A stretch of 64,000 nt of DNA from Candidatus Latescibacterota bacterium (GCA_963422735.1 OY730476.1:3008001-3072000), one strand, 5' to 3'. Counted from the first letter of the stretch, positions 20,540 to 31,520 are shown. Made by a program: numbers and translations. The notes: generated by a model not told the origin, from the sequence alone.

Positions 20540-21469
20540 CTACTTTGTTCGCGCTGCTTCTGCCCGCGCCTCGCGCTCGACCCGCTCTGCCGCCTTGCGC
20601 TCGGCCACCTCGGCCTCCGTCGGCAAGCGCCGCGAGGGCATTTCTGGATACGCGAGAGGCAGTTCCCAGCGCAGGATCCGCAATGGAACATCGCCCAAGT
20701 TCTCGATCTGCAACTCGAGATAGTCGTCGTCGCGCCGAACAATCGGCGCCTTGTCGTCGCTCTTGCAATTGGGAAAGAAGACTCGGTAGTAGGTCTTGCC
20801 GTCGAGCACCTCTCCTTCGGGCCGGTCACTCTCGTAAGGATAGGAATCAAACGTCCCGCTGGGCTGGAAGCGCGCACCTCGCTGATCGACCAAGAAAGTG
20901 CGCGCACCGATATCGGCAATATATGGCTTGAGCTGAGACTCTCCGCTCGACAGGTAAACGGTAAAGACCAGACGACTGTAGAGAGTCAAGCCCCAACGGT
21001 CGTCGTACTGGTTGCGGAGGATGGGAAACTTGGGGTCGTAGATGGCATCGACAACCCGGCGTATGTATTCGGCCCTCCAGATGTTGAAGGCGCGTTTTTG
21101 CAGGGGATTGAGCACATCGAAGGACGGATTTACGTAGATAAGATACTGAAAGTAGAGGCTGTTGATGTCCGTGCCGTCTTCAGCCGGGTAGGTGCCATCG
21201 ACGTAGGAGTAGAGCAACTGCTTGATGCGGTATTCGAGCTGCTCCTGCCCCAAGCCTTCGCGCTCAGCACGCGCATAGGCGCGGGCGATCTCATAGGCGA
21301 AGGTGTGCAAGGCAGCCTGCACCAAGACGCCATCAGCACCCCGGTGGCCTCTGTTTACGGTGCGCCATACTTCCTGCCCGACGCGCGTGAAGGGGCCTTC
21401 CGAAAGTTCCGGGCCGCAGCCGGTGGCCGCCGCACACATCCAGCAAAGGAACAAGACCCGGCTTGGCAT
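20540..21469 (-). CDS. Hypothetical lipoprotein
   Basis: 309-aa ORF, RBS GGAGG, lipobox AATGC; no family recognised. Confidence 0.7.
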   Translation of the reverse strand: MPSRVLFLCWMCAAATGCGPELSEGPFTRVGQEVWRTVNRGHRGADGVLVQAALHTFAYEIARAYARAEREGLGQEQLEYRIKQLLYSYVDGTYPAEDGTDINSLYFQYLIYVNPSFDVLNPLQKRAFNIWRAEYIRRVVDAIYDPKFPILRNQYDDRWGLTLYSRLVFTVYLSSGESQLKPYIADIGARTFLVDQRGARFQPSGTFDSYPYESDRPEGEVLDGKTYYRVFFPNCKSDDKAPIVRRDDDYLELQIENLGDVPLRILRWELPLAYPEMPSRRLPTEAEVAERKAAERVEREARAEAARTK

Positions 21470-21508
21470 GAATTACCTCCGTTGAGGAGGGAGGGCACCT
21501 AGGGTCGG

Positions 21509-21952
21509 CTATTCCTTGACGACCCAGAGCTTGACCGCTGCTGCTACCTCCGGGTGGAGGCGCACTTCGACGTTGTAAACACCCAATTCGCGTATGGGAT
21601 CTTCAAGATGGATGACGCGGCGATCGATCTCGTAGCCCTTTTCATCGAGCAATTCGGCGATATTCTGGGTGGTTACCGAACCAAAGAGACGATCCTCCTC
21701 GCCGACTTTGACCTGCGCGGTGATAGACTCCGTTTCCAGCTTCTTGGCGAGGGCCTCAGCGGCGCGCCGATCGCGCTCGGCCAGGGTCTCTTGCTGTTTG
21801 CGCCTAGACTCGAACTGGGCCATGTTGGCGGCCGTGGCGACCAATGCCTCGCTGCGCGGAATCAGGAAGTTGCGACCATACCCGTTCTTTACCTGCACGA
21901 CCTCACCGGCCAAGCCTAAGGCCTCAATATCCTTTAACAGAATTACTTTCAC
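21509..21952 (-). CDS. rplI: 50S ribosomal protein L9
   Basis: MKVILL..I..LG..GEVV.VK.GYGRNFLIP, LFGSVT. Confidence 0.98.
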   Translation of the reverse strand: MKVILLKDIEALGLAGEVVQVKNGYGRNFLIPRSEALVATAANMAQFESRRKQQETLAERDRRAAEALAKKLETESITAQVKVGEEDRLFGSVTTQNIAELLDEKGYEIDRRVIHLEDPIRELGVYNVEVRLHPEVAAAVKLWVVKE

Positions 21953-21998
21953 GATTTGACCTCCACTGCTATAGAAAATGGCGATGTTGGTTGGGCCT

Positions 21999-22811
21999 CT
22001 ACGTTTCCTCCTCTGTGGGGGTTGGGCGCAGCCGACGCCAATCGAACCAAGTATCCAAAATCCCCAATCCAGCCAAAAGCAGAAACGCTAACCCTGCGAC
22101 GAAAAAAAGCCCTACGTAAAACAATAGCTCGACCAAAAGCGGCACTCTTTGGCGCTGGGCGAAAAAGCGCAGCACCGCCAATCCTTGGACCCCGTAGATA
22201 ATCCCCATCAACACGATCAGGTTGAGGCCCAAATCGGCCAACAGCCCATCGCCCAAAAGACTTAGGCCCAAGGCCGCGATCAATATCCAGATCAGTTCTT
22301 CCCAAGGCCGCCACAAAGGCAGCGGCAGAGGAGCAGGCAGCGACAACCCCAGCCGCAAAGCCAAGCCTTGGCTCAACCGATACGCTAAGACAAAAGTCAA
22401 AAGCAGGGTCGCCATCTCGATAGCCGGCTGCACCCGCAAGACCGCGTTGATCATCGCGCTTAGCGTCTGGCTGCCTTCCTCAACAGCTATCCCCAAGGCT
22501 TGGAACTGCTCTAGAATGGCGGCGGCCTGCTCTTGGCGATGTACGCCATCGCGCACATCAATTAGCTGCCAAAAACACAAGCCCGCCGGCGGCGTACAAG
22601 CTATGGCCATGATGCGACCATAGGTCTGCCGACGCTCTATTTGCAAAACGGCGAGCAACCCCATGATGGGCACTAGCCCCAACGTGGCCCCTAGCAGTAA
22701 GGCGGTGCCCAAGCACAGCAGGCCGATCAAGGGTAAGGCACCACGCGAGCCGTAGCGCAGACTGGCCAAGAGCGAAGTGGCCGCCAGCGCTATGCCCAGC
22801 AGAATCAGCAT
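21999..22811 (-). CDS. DUF2232/YybS family membrane protein
   Basis: Multi-TM, YGVQGLAV, GLGILDTWFDWRR; typical position upstream of rplI. Confidence 0.8.
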   Translation of the reverse strand: MLILLGIALAATSLLASLRYGSRGALPLIGLLCLGTALLLGATLGLVPIMGLLAVLQIERRQTYGRIMAIACTPPAGLCFWQLIDVRDGVHRQEQAAAILEQFQALGIAVEEGSQTLSAMINAVLRVQPAIEMATLLLTFVLAYRLSQGLALRLGLSLPAPLPLPLWRPWEELIWILIAALGLSLLGDGLLADLGLNLIVLMGIIYGVQGLAVLRFFAQRQRVPLLVELLFYVGLFFVAGLAFLLLAGLGILDTWFDWRRLRPTPTEEET

Positions 22812-22826
22812 CGGCGCACGCCGGCT

Positions 22827-23342
22827 CTAAGAGTCGTTGGACTCTTGGACGACAGCTTCTCCTTGTGAATCCTCTACTTCCTCATTAGGTGCCTCGTTTT
22901 TAGAGGAAACACCGTGGGCCTCGTCGCGGTCCCTCGGGCCACGATAGTTGCGGTGCGGGCCGCCTCGGTCTCTTGGGCCGCGGGCGGGTCGGGCAAAGGC
23001 TTCTTCAAGGAAGTTGTCGGGGGCTAGTTGGGGCACGTGGATAAACTCGCCTTCAACAGCGGTGACGAGATAGCGCAGCACCGTTTCGTCGAGTTTGAGC
23101 GTCTGCTCCAGCCCTTCGATCGCCGTCGGCTCGGCGGAAAACTGGTAGAGCACGTAATAGCCTTGGTGCCGATTCTTTAGGCTAGCCGAGGTATAGGCCA
23201 GACGCCGCAGGCCCCAGTTGTCAATCCGGACGACTTGCCCGCTATTTTCATCGAGATGTGCCTCGTATTTTTCGACGACTTGCTCATATTGGCCCTCGCC
23301 GACTTGGGGATCCAAGATACATACGAGTTCGTAGTTTCTCAT
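22827..23342 (-). CDS. rpsF: 30S ribosomal protein S6 with long C-terminal tail
   Basis: MRNYELVCILDP, DNWGLRRLAY, GYYVL, VLRYL. Confidence 0.95.
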   Translation of the reverse strand: MRNYELVCILDPQVGEGQYEQVVEKYEAHLDENSGQVVRIDNWGLRRLAYTSASLKNRHQGYYVLYQFSAEPTAIEGLEQTLKLDETVLRYLVTAVEGEFIHVPQLAPDNFLEEAFARPARGPRDRGGPHRNYRGPRDRDEAHGVSSKNEAPNEEVEDSQGEAVVQESNDS

Positions 23343-23381
23343 TGTATTGCGCTTTCTTGGTTCTAGTCTGAGGCACATCCC

Positions 23382-25433
23382 TCAGACGACAAAAAGCGGT
23401 GCCAGGACAAGAGATATCACCGACATCAGCTTGATGAGTATGTTCAGAGACGGCCCCGACGTGTCCTTGAACGGATCGCCGACCGTATCGCCGACAACAG
23501 CGGCTTTGTGAGGGTCAGAGCCCTTGCCCCCTAAGTGGCCCTCTTCGATCCACTTTTTGGCGTTGTCCCAAGCGCCGCCGCTATTGGCCATCATTAGCGC
23601 CAGCAGTACGCCACTGACCATCGCCCCGGCGAGCATTCCGCCTAAGGCGATGGGGCCAAGACCAAAACCAACAGCGACCGGAGCCAACACCGCTAAGAGG
23701 CCCGGTAAAATCATCTCGCGCAACGCCGCCGTCGTGCTGATCTCCACGCAGCGCCGGGTATCCGGCTTGGCCTTGCCCTCCATTAGCCCCTCAATCCCGC
23801 GGAATTGACGCCGGACCTCTTCGACCATCTTGAAGGCGGCCTTGCCGACCGAAGTCATGGTGATGGCAGCAGCTAAATAAGGAATGAGCCCACCAATGAA
23901 AAGCCCACCGACTACGATCGGCGTAGTCACGTCAATTACTACCGGCTCACCCGTTTCGGCTTCAATGGCCGAAGAATACGCAGAGAAAAGCGCCAATGCC
24001 GTCAACGCCGCCGAACCAATGGCAAAACCCTTGCCCATGGCGGCGGTAGTGTTGCCGAGTGAATCGAGACCATCGGTGATCTTGCGAGTGTCTTCGCCCA
24101 AGCCCGCCATTTCGGTAATGCCGCCGGCGTTGTCGGCTATGGGACCATAGGCGTCAACCGACATGGTTATTCCCACTGTGGCCAGCATGCCCACGGCGGC
24201 GATGCCTATCCCAAAAAGCCCGGCAAAGTGGAAGGCCAAGCCAATGGCGACGACGATCCCCAAGGTCGGCAGAGCGACGCTTTCCATGCCCACGGCCAGA
24301 CCTGAGATGATATTGGTCGCCGAGCCGGTCTTGGACGCTTCGGCGATGGTGCGGATGGGTTTGCCACCTGTGTAGTACTCCGTGAGAAGGCCGATGACAA
24401 CTCCGGCCAAACAGCCCGCGCACAGAGCCCACACTGGCTGATTGGACAAGCCGATCGTCCCGGCGGCCCACCAAGCCCCCAAAAGCATCAGCGCAGCAGA
24501 GACCCACGTCGAATACCGCAGTGCAGCACCCGGGTCGGCATTCTGCAAGACCCGCACCATCAACACGCCCAAGAGCGAGGCAACCATGCCAACCGTGATG
24601 ACGATCAGCGGAAAGCTCATAGACGCGAGCCTAGCTTGGTTTGGGTCGGAGACTCCGGGGGCTAAGACGCCGATCGTGGAAGCGGACGCTGTCGCGGCAA
24701 TGGCAATGGTGGCAATGACCGAGCCGACATACGATTCAAAAATGTCGGCCCCCATACCAGCCACATCGCCGACATTGTCGCCGACATTGTCAGCGATGAC
24801 GGCCGGGTTGCGCGGATCATCTTCCGGAATACCGGCCTCCACCTTGCCCACCAAGTCGGCACCAACATCGGCGGACTTCGTGAAAATGCCGCCGCCAACA
24901 CGCGCGAAGAGAGCGATCGAAGAGGCACCCATGGCAAAGCCGTTAATGGTAGCGGCCTCGCTCAAATTGCTCCAGATGTCAAAGGCACTCGCCAGCGTCC
25001 CGACACCGAAAAGCCCCAAGCCGGCGACCGCGAGCCCCATCACTGCACCTCCCGAAAAGGCGACATTCAACGCTGGCCCCTGGCCGTGCTGATTGGCGGC
25101 TTGGGCAGTGCGCACGTTGGCGTGACAGGCGGCCTTCATGCCAGTATAGCCGGCCAAGATCGAACAAACGGCACCCGACAGAAACGCGTACGCCGTGTTG
25201 GCACTAACAAACGCGAAAAGCAAGACGAAGACGATAAATATAAAACCGGCGAGAAGGATGTATTCGCGTTTGAGAAAGGCCATAGCCCCTTCGTGGATGG
25301 CCTCGGAGATCTCTACCATTTTTTGGCTGCCGGTCGGCGACTTTTTGATATATAAGTACAACAAGAGCGAACAGACCATGCCGCCCAAGCCCACAAATGG
25401 TGCTGCTGTTATCCAACTTTTCAAGATTTCCAT
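23382..25433 (-). CDS. hppA: Membrane pyrophosphatase, K+-dependent, probably Na+-translocating
   Basis: [42 protein letters not shown] (Ala = K+-dependent), [14 protein letters not shown]. Confidence 0.95.
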   Translation of the reverse strand: MEILKSWITAAPFVGLGGMVCSLLLYLYIKKSPTGSQKMVEISEAIHEGAMAFLKREYILLAGFIFIVFVLLFAFVSANTAYAFLSGAVCSILAGYTGMKAACHANVRTAQAANQHGQGPALNVAFSGGAVMGLAVAGLGLFGVGTLASAFDIWSNLSEAATINGFAMGASSIALFARVGGGIFTKSADVGADLVGKVEAGIPEDDPRNPAVIADNVGDNVGDVAGMGADIFESYVGSVIATIAIAATASASTIGVLAPGVSDPNQARLASMSFPLIVITVGMVASLLGVLMVRVLQNADPGAALRYSTWVSAALMLLGAWWAAGTIGLSNQPVWALCAGCLAGVVIGLLTEYYTGGKPIRTIAEASKTGSATNIISGLAVGMESVALPTLGIVVAIGLAFHFAGLFGIGIAAVGMLATVGITMSVDAYGPIADNAGGITEMAGLGEDTRKITDGLDSLGNTTAAMGKGFAIGSAALTALALFSAYSSAIEAETGEPVVIDVTTPIVVGGLFIGGLIPYLAAAITMTSVGKAAFKMVEEVRRQFRGIEGLMEGKAKPDTRRCVEISTTAALREMILPGLLAVLAPVAVGFGLGPIALGGMLAGAMVSGVLLALMMANSGGAWDNAKKWIEEGHLGGKGSDPHKAAVVGDTVGDPFKDTSGPSLNILIKLMSVISLVLAPLFVV

Positions 25434-25465
25434 GTACGCCTAACCCTCCCTCGGCTACTTTACTT

Positions 25466-26023
25466 TTAACCGTTGAACCTGTTCATGGCCGCCTCAATGC
25501 CTTCGGCGTAGTACACTTCGAGCGCCGCATTCCCTCGCTCAATCAAGTTTTCTACATCGTCTTCTGGGGAAAACGGATCTAGTACGTAGTTAATGATGTC
25601 AGCGCCTGCGGGTGGGGTACCAATTCCTAGGCGCAGGCGCGGTACAGCCTCCGTGTTGAGCGCTTCGAGTACCGAAGCCAAACCGTTGTGCCCGCCATCA
25701 CTCCCTCCACGGCGAAAGCGCAGGCGTCCGAAGTCAAGGAGGAAGTCGTCGAAGATGACCAGTACGTCCTCGGGAAGCACTTCCCATTGGGCGCAAAGGG
25801 CCGCGGCGGTCCGGCCGCTGTGGTTCATATAGGTCTGGGGCTTGGCCAAGAGTACTTCCCGACCGCCCAGCACTACTCGGCCAACTTGGCCCTGTACATC
25901 CGCTTGATGCTGCCAGTCAACACCACAGTGGGCCGCTAGGTGGTCTACCACCATAACGCCTATGTTATGCCGTGTCGAGGCGTAGCGCACACTGGGATTA
26001 CCCAAACCCAAGGCTATTTGCAA
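25466..26023 (-). CDS. pth: Peptidyl-tRNA hydrolase
   Basis: GLGNP..Y..TRHNIG, KPQTYMNHSG, GSDGGHNGL, RLRLGIG. Confidence 0.97.
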   Translation of the reverse strand: MQIALGLGNPSVRYASTRHNIGVMVVDHLAAHCGVDWQHQADVQGQVGRVVLGGREVLLAKPQTYMNHSGRTAAALCAQWEVLPEDVLVIFDDFLLDFGRLRFRRGGSDGGHNGLASVLEALNTEAVPRLRLGIGTPPAGADIINYVLDPFSPEDDVENLIERGNAALEVYYAEGIEAAMNRFNG

Positions 26024-26025
26024 AC

Positions 26026-26715
26026 CTATTCTTCGCCACCCTCGCCGCCTTCGCCGCCTTCGACTGCCTCTCCTTCACCTTCGGGAACTTCGGCATCCTC
26101 GGCTTCTTCCTCAGCAGCAATCAAGCGCGGAGCCAAGATATTGACAATCGTGCGAGCCGGGTCGGTGGTAATGCGCGGCTCTTGTTCGACGAGATCGCTC
26201 ACGTGCAAGCTATCGCCGATGACCAGCGAAGAGATGTCGATCACCATCGCGGAAGGCATTTCCGAGACGACGCATTCCATTTCGATTGAGGTCAGCGTCT
26301 GCTGCAAGGCCCCGCCCTCGTTGCGGACCCCTTCGGGTACCCCTTCAGCCAGGAGCGGTACATTGGCGCGCAACGTCTCGCCCGGATCAATGCGCAAGAG
26401 GTCTAAGTGCAGCACATCGCCGCGGACCTTGTGGTATTGGATGTCGCGGACCAGGGCCTGCTCAGGGACTTTATTGGGATCTTCGTGCTCAACCAATATA
26501 ATCGCGTTTTGTCCGCCCTTGCTCAGGATGCGCTCCAAGACATGGGCATCCGTCTTGAAGGACTCTGAGGGCTGATTGTGGCCGTAGATCACTCCGGGCA
26601 ACTGGCCTCGTAGGCGACGCATCTGGCCCACCGGGCCCTTGCCCTGCTCTTGGCGAGACTGGACTTTGAGCGCGACCTGCTCGCGCGCTTGGATCTGTAG
26701 TGGAACTTGCGGCAT
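26026..26715 (-). CDS. rplY: 50S ribosomal protein L25/general stress protein Ctc
   Basis: R..GK....RR...PGVIYG, IQYH.V...VLHLD, GV..EGG.L, acidic tail. Confidence 0.95.
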   Translation of the reverse strand: MPQVPLQIQAREQVALKVQSRQEQGKGPVGQMRRLRGQLPGVIYGHNQPSESFKTDAHVLERILSKGGQNAIILVEHEDPNKVPEQALVRDIQYHKVRGDVLHLDLLRIDPGETLRANVPLLAEGVPEGVRNEGGALQQTLTSIEMECVVSEMPSAMVIDISSLVIGDSLHVSDLVEQEPRITTDPARTIVNILAPRLIAAEEEAEDAEVPEGEGEAVEGGEGGEGGEE

Positions 26716-26759
26716 CGGAACATCTCCTCAAAAGACTCAATCAAATATCAATAGCATAA

Positions 26760-26834
26760 TGGCAGCCCGGCGAGGACTCGAACCTCGATAAACGGAACCA
26801 AAATCCGTTGTCCTACCAATTGAACGACCGGGCT
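26760..26834 (-). tRNA. tRNA-Gln (anticodon UUG)
   Basis: AGCCCGG/CCGGGCT acceptor, ACGGA-TTTTGGT-TCCGT, CGAGG-TTCGAGT-CCTCG, GCCA. Confidence 0.96.
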
Positions 26835-26864
26835 ACCTATCTCTATGCCTCACACCACCCTGAG

Positions 26865-27722
26865 TTAGACCGGCTGACATAAAAAAGACCGGCAACCTTG
26901 CCTTTGCAGTGCGCTCTGCGCCTGAGAGGCGGTCGGCCGGTCGTCGAAGATACCGTAAACAGTGGAGCCGCTGCCCGACATTGACGTGGCGCGAGCACCA
27001 ACTCGGTCCAGTTGAGAACGAAGTTCTGCGACGATGGGATAGGTGCGATCTACCTCGGGCGTGAAGTCGTTCTCCAGCACTTCAAATAACCTGTCGTGGT
27101 CAACGCACCCGCCGCTCAGGGAAGCAATAAAGTTAAAATAGGGAGTATTTTCTGTCAAGATGGGGCCAAGTTGGTCATAAGCCCACGCCGTGCCGATCTC
27201 AATCTCGGGGTACGCTAGTACGTAAAAGACCGCGCCCTCCCAGCTCAGATCTTCAAGTATCTCGCCCCGGCCTCTCAGTATAGCGGTGCCGCCTTTCACT
27301 AGAAAGGGAATATCCGAGCCAAGAGTGGCGGCAATCTGGCGGAGGTCTGCGTTCGAGAATGGCTGGTTGTAGAAGCGATTGAGTGCTCGCAGGGCCGCTG
27401 CCGCATCGGCACTACCCCCGCCTAGGCCCGCGCCTATGGGTATGTTCTTTTTTAGGTGGATGTGGAACGACTGAGCCGGGCGGTCAAGCTGAGCGCGAAA
27501 GGCATTAACTGCGCGGCAGACCAAATTGTCCGGCTCCGTCGATAGGCTATCGAGGCTACAGGTCAACTGGTCGGAGGAAGCCGACTCAAAGTATAAGACG
27601 TCCGCTAAATCTACGCATTGGGCCACGCTGAGGATCTCGTGGTAGCCATCAGGGCGACGACCGAGAGCCTTAAGCCCCAAGTTTATTTTTGCATATGCTT
27701 TTTCGACCAGCAGACCCTCCAT
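26865..27722 (-). CDS. ispE: 4-(cytidine 5'-diphospho)-2-C-methyl-D-erythritol kinase
   Basis: AKINLGL...GRRPDGYHE, KNIPIGAGLGGGSADAAA, LGSDIPF, MSGSGST. Confidence 0.97.
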   Translation of the reverse strand: MEGLLVEKAYAKINLGLKALGRRPDGYHEILSVAQCVDLADVLYFESASSDQLTCSLDSLSTEPDNLVCRAVNAFRAQLDRPAQSFHIHLKKNIPIGAGLGGGSADAAAALRALNRFYNQPFSNADLRQIAATLGSDIPFLVKGGTAILRGRGEILEDLSWEGAVFYVLAYPEIEIGTAWAYDQLGPILTENTPYFNFIASLSGGCVDHDRLFEVLENDFTPEVDRTYPIVAELRSQLDRVGARATSMSGSGSTVYGIFDDRPTASQAQSALQRQGCRSFLCQPV

Positions 27723-27799
27723 TGCTGCATACCTTGACTGCATTTTACTATACAATATTTTATATATTAATCAACTGTCAGATTGGCATCCTCTTGAGA

Positions 27800-30700
27800 A
27801 TGGTTATGTTCCCAAAGTTGACATTAATGCTTCTCCTCTGCCTAAGCACCCAGAGCTGGGCGCAAACGAGCGCAGAGGATGACTTCAAACTGGCCAGCAA
27901 CCTCTTCCGGGACGCCGGCGATTATGCCACGGCCGCCGCGCTATTCGCCGAGTTTATTCACAACTATCCCGATTATCCGCAACTGGCCGAGGCCCGCCTG
28001 ATGCTAGCGCGTGCGTACCGCCAGAGCGGCCGTTGCGACCTAGCGGTGCCGGCCTACGAGACGTTTCATCTCGAACATCCCGATCACTTGAGCACTGCCG
28101 ACGCACAGAGAGAGAGAGCGGCCTGTTTGGCCGAACAAGGTGAGTACTTGCTGGCTGCCCGGTCATACGAAGAGGTGCAGCGTCGTTTCAGTGCCAGCAA
28201 ATTCGCCGCCAGTACCCTAATTGACGCAGCGGTTAATTATACCCGCGCCGAAAATTTGCGGCAAGCCGAAGCTGCTTATGGACGTCTGCTAACCGACTAC
28301 GCGACTTCTGCCCAAGTGCATTTGGCGCGCTATCGGCTAGCCCAGCTGCGCTTTGCCGCTGGTCGGGCCGAAGAAGCCCAACAGCTCCTTGGGAAAATCG
28401 CTTCCACTACACCGCCGCCGCCTGAGGCCCCTAGCGCCATGCTCCTCGGAGGGCGCATCGCGTTCTTTATGGGCAATAGGGAAACCGCTGAGAAGCGATT
28501 CAAATCGCTGGAGCGGCACTTTCCCGCGGCGGCGCAGACCGATAGTGCTTATCTAGATCGCGCAGACTATCTCTATAGATCGCGCCTCTTTCGCCAAGCC
28601 GGGGACGCCTATCAGCGGGCCTTTAACAAAATTGACGACCGCTCCCTCAAAGAACACGCGCTCCTAGGGCTAGCCGATGCCCGGCGGCAGAGTCGGCAGA
28701 CGCGCGAAGCCATCGCCCATTACAACGAGGTAAGCGCCGTGCTCCAACCCGACCACCCCGCTTACCTCAAGGCACGGCTAGGCCGGGCCATCGCCTTAGG
28801 CCAAGCCGGACAATTCGCCCTCTCGGTAGGTTTGTTTCAAGGATTGATCCAGATCGGCAGCCCCGAAGCCACCAGTGCTCTAAGGGAACTGGGCGTTCTC
28901 TACAAGCAGCGCGGCGACCACAGCCGTGCAATAACCTGGTATCGCCGCTATCTACAGAAAGCCGATGCGGCCACCGACGCCGACGCCGTGCGTTTCGAGC
29001 TCGCCGAACTCTATGCCTCAACCGGCTACTACGAAGAAGCCATCGCTCTCTATCGCCGGCTAGCGTCGGGCCAAGACGAGGTAGCAACCAAAGCGCAATT
29101 CGCCCTCGCCCAAACCTTTGAGCAAAGTAGACAGCCGCGTACAGCACTGCGCGAATACGTGGCCTTTCTCGAACTCTTCCCCGCCGACCGCCAGAGCGAG
29201 GAGGTGCGCGAGCGAATCGAATATCTGCGCGAATTCACCGTCTTGGACCCGGCCGGCCTCAACCGGGCCTTACAAAAAGCCTGGATCGACGAGTTAAGCG
29301 GCAAGTCGCGCCAGCTAGTGCAGCTATATGTCGCCCGGGTGCTGTTCTCGCACCACGATTTTGTAGCTGCCGCCCAATCTTTCAAATACTACGCCGCGGC
29401 CTATCCAGACGACCACAATAGCAACGAGGCACAGTACTTTCTGGCAGAAAGTTTGCTCCGGCTCGCCCGCCAACACCAGCTAGAGGCGCAGCCTGTCAGC
29501 GCGGACTCGCTGCGGATTCTAGCCTTACGGGAATACCGCATTCTTGCCGAGCAATCCTCCACCGACAGCACTATTCTCGCTGAGCAATCCCCCGCCGATA
29601 GCCCCTGGGCCCGACGCGCACGACTGCGCCTCATTAAACTCGAAGCCGAGGACAGCCCCGATTCGTTGCGGTTATTCACTCTCGAAAAGGGGATTGCCGC
29701 TTTCGTCGCCGAGTTTTCCGAGGGCCAAGGAGCCGACCTAGACCAAGCCCTTTTGCAGCTAGGCGATGCCCGACGCCAGCTCGGGGCGACCGATAGCACT
29801 TGGCTCGACGGGGCCATTGCGGCCTACGACCAGCTCCGCCGGCTCTCTTCCGACAGTCCACTCGTGCCCCACGCTCTGTACGGCAAGGGTCTTTGCCTAG
29901 TGCAAAAAAGCCAACACAAAGCGGCGGCCGACTTGCTCGATCGCGTTTTGCAAGACTATCCCGACAGTCCGCTGACGGCACCGGTGCTCTTCGAGCTAGG
30001 CCATATCCGCTTGGCGCAAGAGCGGCCCCAAGAAGCCATCGCCCGACTGCAAGAGTTGCGCTGGGGCTACCCGGCTTTTCCCCAACGCCGCGCTGCACAG
30101 AAACTGCTAGGCGACACCTATTTTCAGCTCGGCCAATACGCCGCCGCCATCGAGTTGTACCAACCACTGGTCTCCAGCTCGACAATCACCGACGACAGAG
30201 GGCCGATCCTCCGACGAATGGGCCGCGCTTATCATCACCTCAGCCGCTATGGCGAGGCCATGGAAACCTATAGGCAAATACTCGCCGAAGAGCCAAATCC
30301 GGCTGGGCTAGACAGCATTTACTTCGCCCAAGCGGTACTGCAACTGGGGCTAGGGCAAGAAGACGAGGCATTTCGGCTCTTCCAAAAGGTAGGCCGAGAG
30401 TTTGCATCCGGAGGGTTGGCAGCCGAAGCCTCGGCGCGGGCCGGCCATATCGCCTTTGTCCGACAGCAATACAAGAAAGCCTACCAGCTTTATCAGCCCT
30501 TGCTGAAGCAGAGCGAGGATACCCTGATCCACGGACAAGCCGTCCTCGCCCTGTTCCGACTCAAGCGCATAGAGGAGGGGCGCAAAGCAGCCAAGCGCTT
30601 TGCCAAGCACTTCAAGGAGGAGACGGAGTGGCGTCAACACTTCCGGGTTGAAGAAGGGAAATGCTATTTGCAGGCTGGCAACTATAAGAAGGGACACGAG

Positions 30701-31498
30701 CTGTTTCAAGAAGTGGAAAAGCAAGGAGGTACGTGGGCCGACGACGGGGCCTATTGGATGGCAGTGACCCTGTGGAAGCGAAACAAGGTGACGCCCAGCG
30801 AGGAAGGGGCGGCGCACGCGTTGGAGGCCATATCGCGCTTTGTACGGGAATATCCGACAAGTCCCCATGTAGCCGATGCCTACTTGCGCCTAGGCGGCTA
30901 TCACTTTTCGCTGCACAACTTCCTGCAAGCGGCAGGGGCCTACAAACACGCCTTGGACGCGCCAGAAGTCAGTAGCGAACAGGCCCAAGATGCGATGTGG
31001 AACCTCCTCAAGAGCTACCAGAGCGCCCACGAGTACGAGGCCGCTCACCAAGTGGCCAATCAGCTACTGAGCCAGTACCCCGAGCACCCCAAAGCCATCG
31101 ATGTCCAACTCGAACTGGGTATCATCCTCAAGAATAAGGGACAATACGCCCAAGCCGTTGAACAGCTAAACGACCTGCTCTCCCAACAGCTACTCGATGG
31201 CAATAGTGCTTCCGAAGCCCGGTTTTACATCGGCGAATCCTATCAGAACATGGGCGAATACCGCAAAGCTATCCAAGCCTATTACAAAGTCAGCTACCAC
31301 GGTGCCGAAGGACTCAGCATGTGGATCACCTCGGCGGACTTCCAGCGCGCCCGCTGCCACGAATCGCTGGGCGAACATGCCACGGCCATGACCATCTACG
31401 AGCGCATCGCACGTCGCGAAGGGGGCCAGAGTCCACAGGGGGCACTAGCCCGCGAGCGGATCGATACCCTGCGCCCCAAGCTGGAAACCCTCAACTGA
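27800..31498 (+). CDS. Large exported tetratricopeptide-repeat protein
   Basis: Signal peptide ending SWA-Q; many TPR units with YP.S/HP loops (BamD/CpoB-like); start 27800 or 27806. Confidence 0.85.
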   Translation: MVMFPKLTLMLLLCLSTQSWAQTSAEDDFKLASNLFRDAGDYATAAALFAEFIHNYPDYPQLAEARLMLARAYRQSGRCDLAVPAYETFHLEHPDHLSTADAQRERAACLAEQGEYLLAARSYEEVQRRFSASKFAASTLIDAAVNYTRAENLRQAEAAYGRLLTDYATSAQVHLARYRLAQLRFAAGRAEEAQQLLGKIASTTPPPPEAPSAMLLGGRIAFFMGNRETAEKRFKSLERHFPAAAQTDSAYLDRADYLYRSRLFRQAGDAYQRAFNKIDDRSLKEHALLGLADARRQSRQTREAIAHYNEVSAVLQPDHPAYLKARLGRAIALGQAGQFALSVGLFQGLIQIGSPEATSALRELGVLYKQRGDHSRAITWYRRYLQKADAATDADAVRFELAELYASTGYYEEAIALYRRLASGQDEVATKAQFALAQTFEQSRQPRTALREYVAFLELFPADRQSEEVRERIEYLREFTVLDPAGLNRALQKAWIDELSGKSRQLVQLYVARVLFSHHDFVAAAQSFKYYAAAYPDDHNSNEAQYFLAESLLRLARQHQLEAQPVSADSLRILALREYRILAEQSSTDSTILAEQSPADSPWARRARLRLIKLEAEDSPDSLRLFTLEKGIAAFVAEFSEGQGADLDQALLQLGDARRQLGATDSTWLDGAIAAYDQLRRLSSDSPLVPHALYGKGLCLVQKSQHKAAADLLDRVLQDYPDSPLTAPVLFELGHIRLAQERPQEAIARLQELRWGYPAFPQRRAAQKLLGDTYFQLGQYAAAIELYQPLVSSSTITDDRGPILRRMGRAYHHLSRYGEAMETYRQILAEEPNPAGLDSIYFAQAVLQLGLGQEDEAFRLFQKVGREFASGGLAAEASARAGHIAFVRQQYKKAYQLYQPLLKQSEDTLIHGQAVLALFRLKRIEEGRKAAKRFAKHFKEETEWRQHFRVEEGKCYLQAGNYKKGHELFQEVEKQGGTWADDGAYWMAVTLWKRNKVTPSEEGAAHALEAISRFVREYPTSPHVADAYLRLGGYHFSLHNFLQAAGAYKHALDAPEVSSEQAQDAMWNLLKSYQSAHEYEAAHQVANQLLSQYPEHPKAIDVQLELGIILKNKGQYAQAVEQLNDLLSQQLLDGNSASEARFYIGESYQNMGEYRKAIQAYYKVSYHGAEGLSMWITSADFQRARCHESLGEHATAMTIYERIARREGGQSPQGALARERIDTLRPKLETLN

Positions 31499-31520
31499 GG
31501 AGACGCCAGCAGAGAGTACC

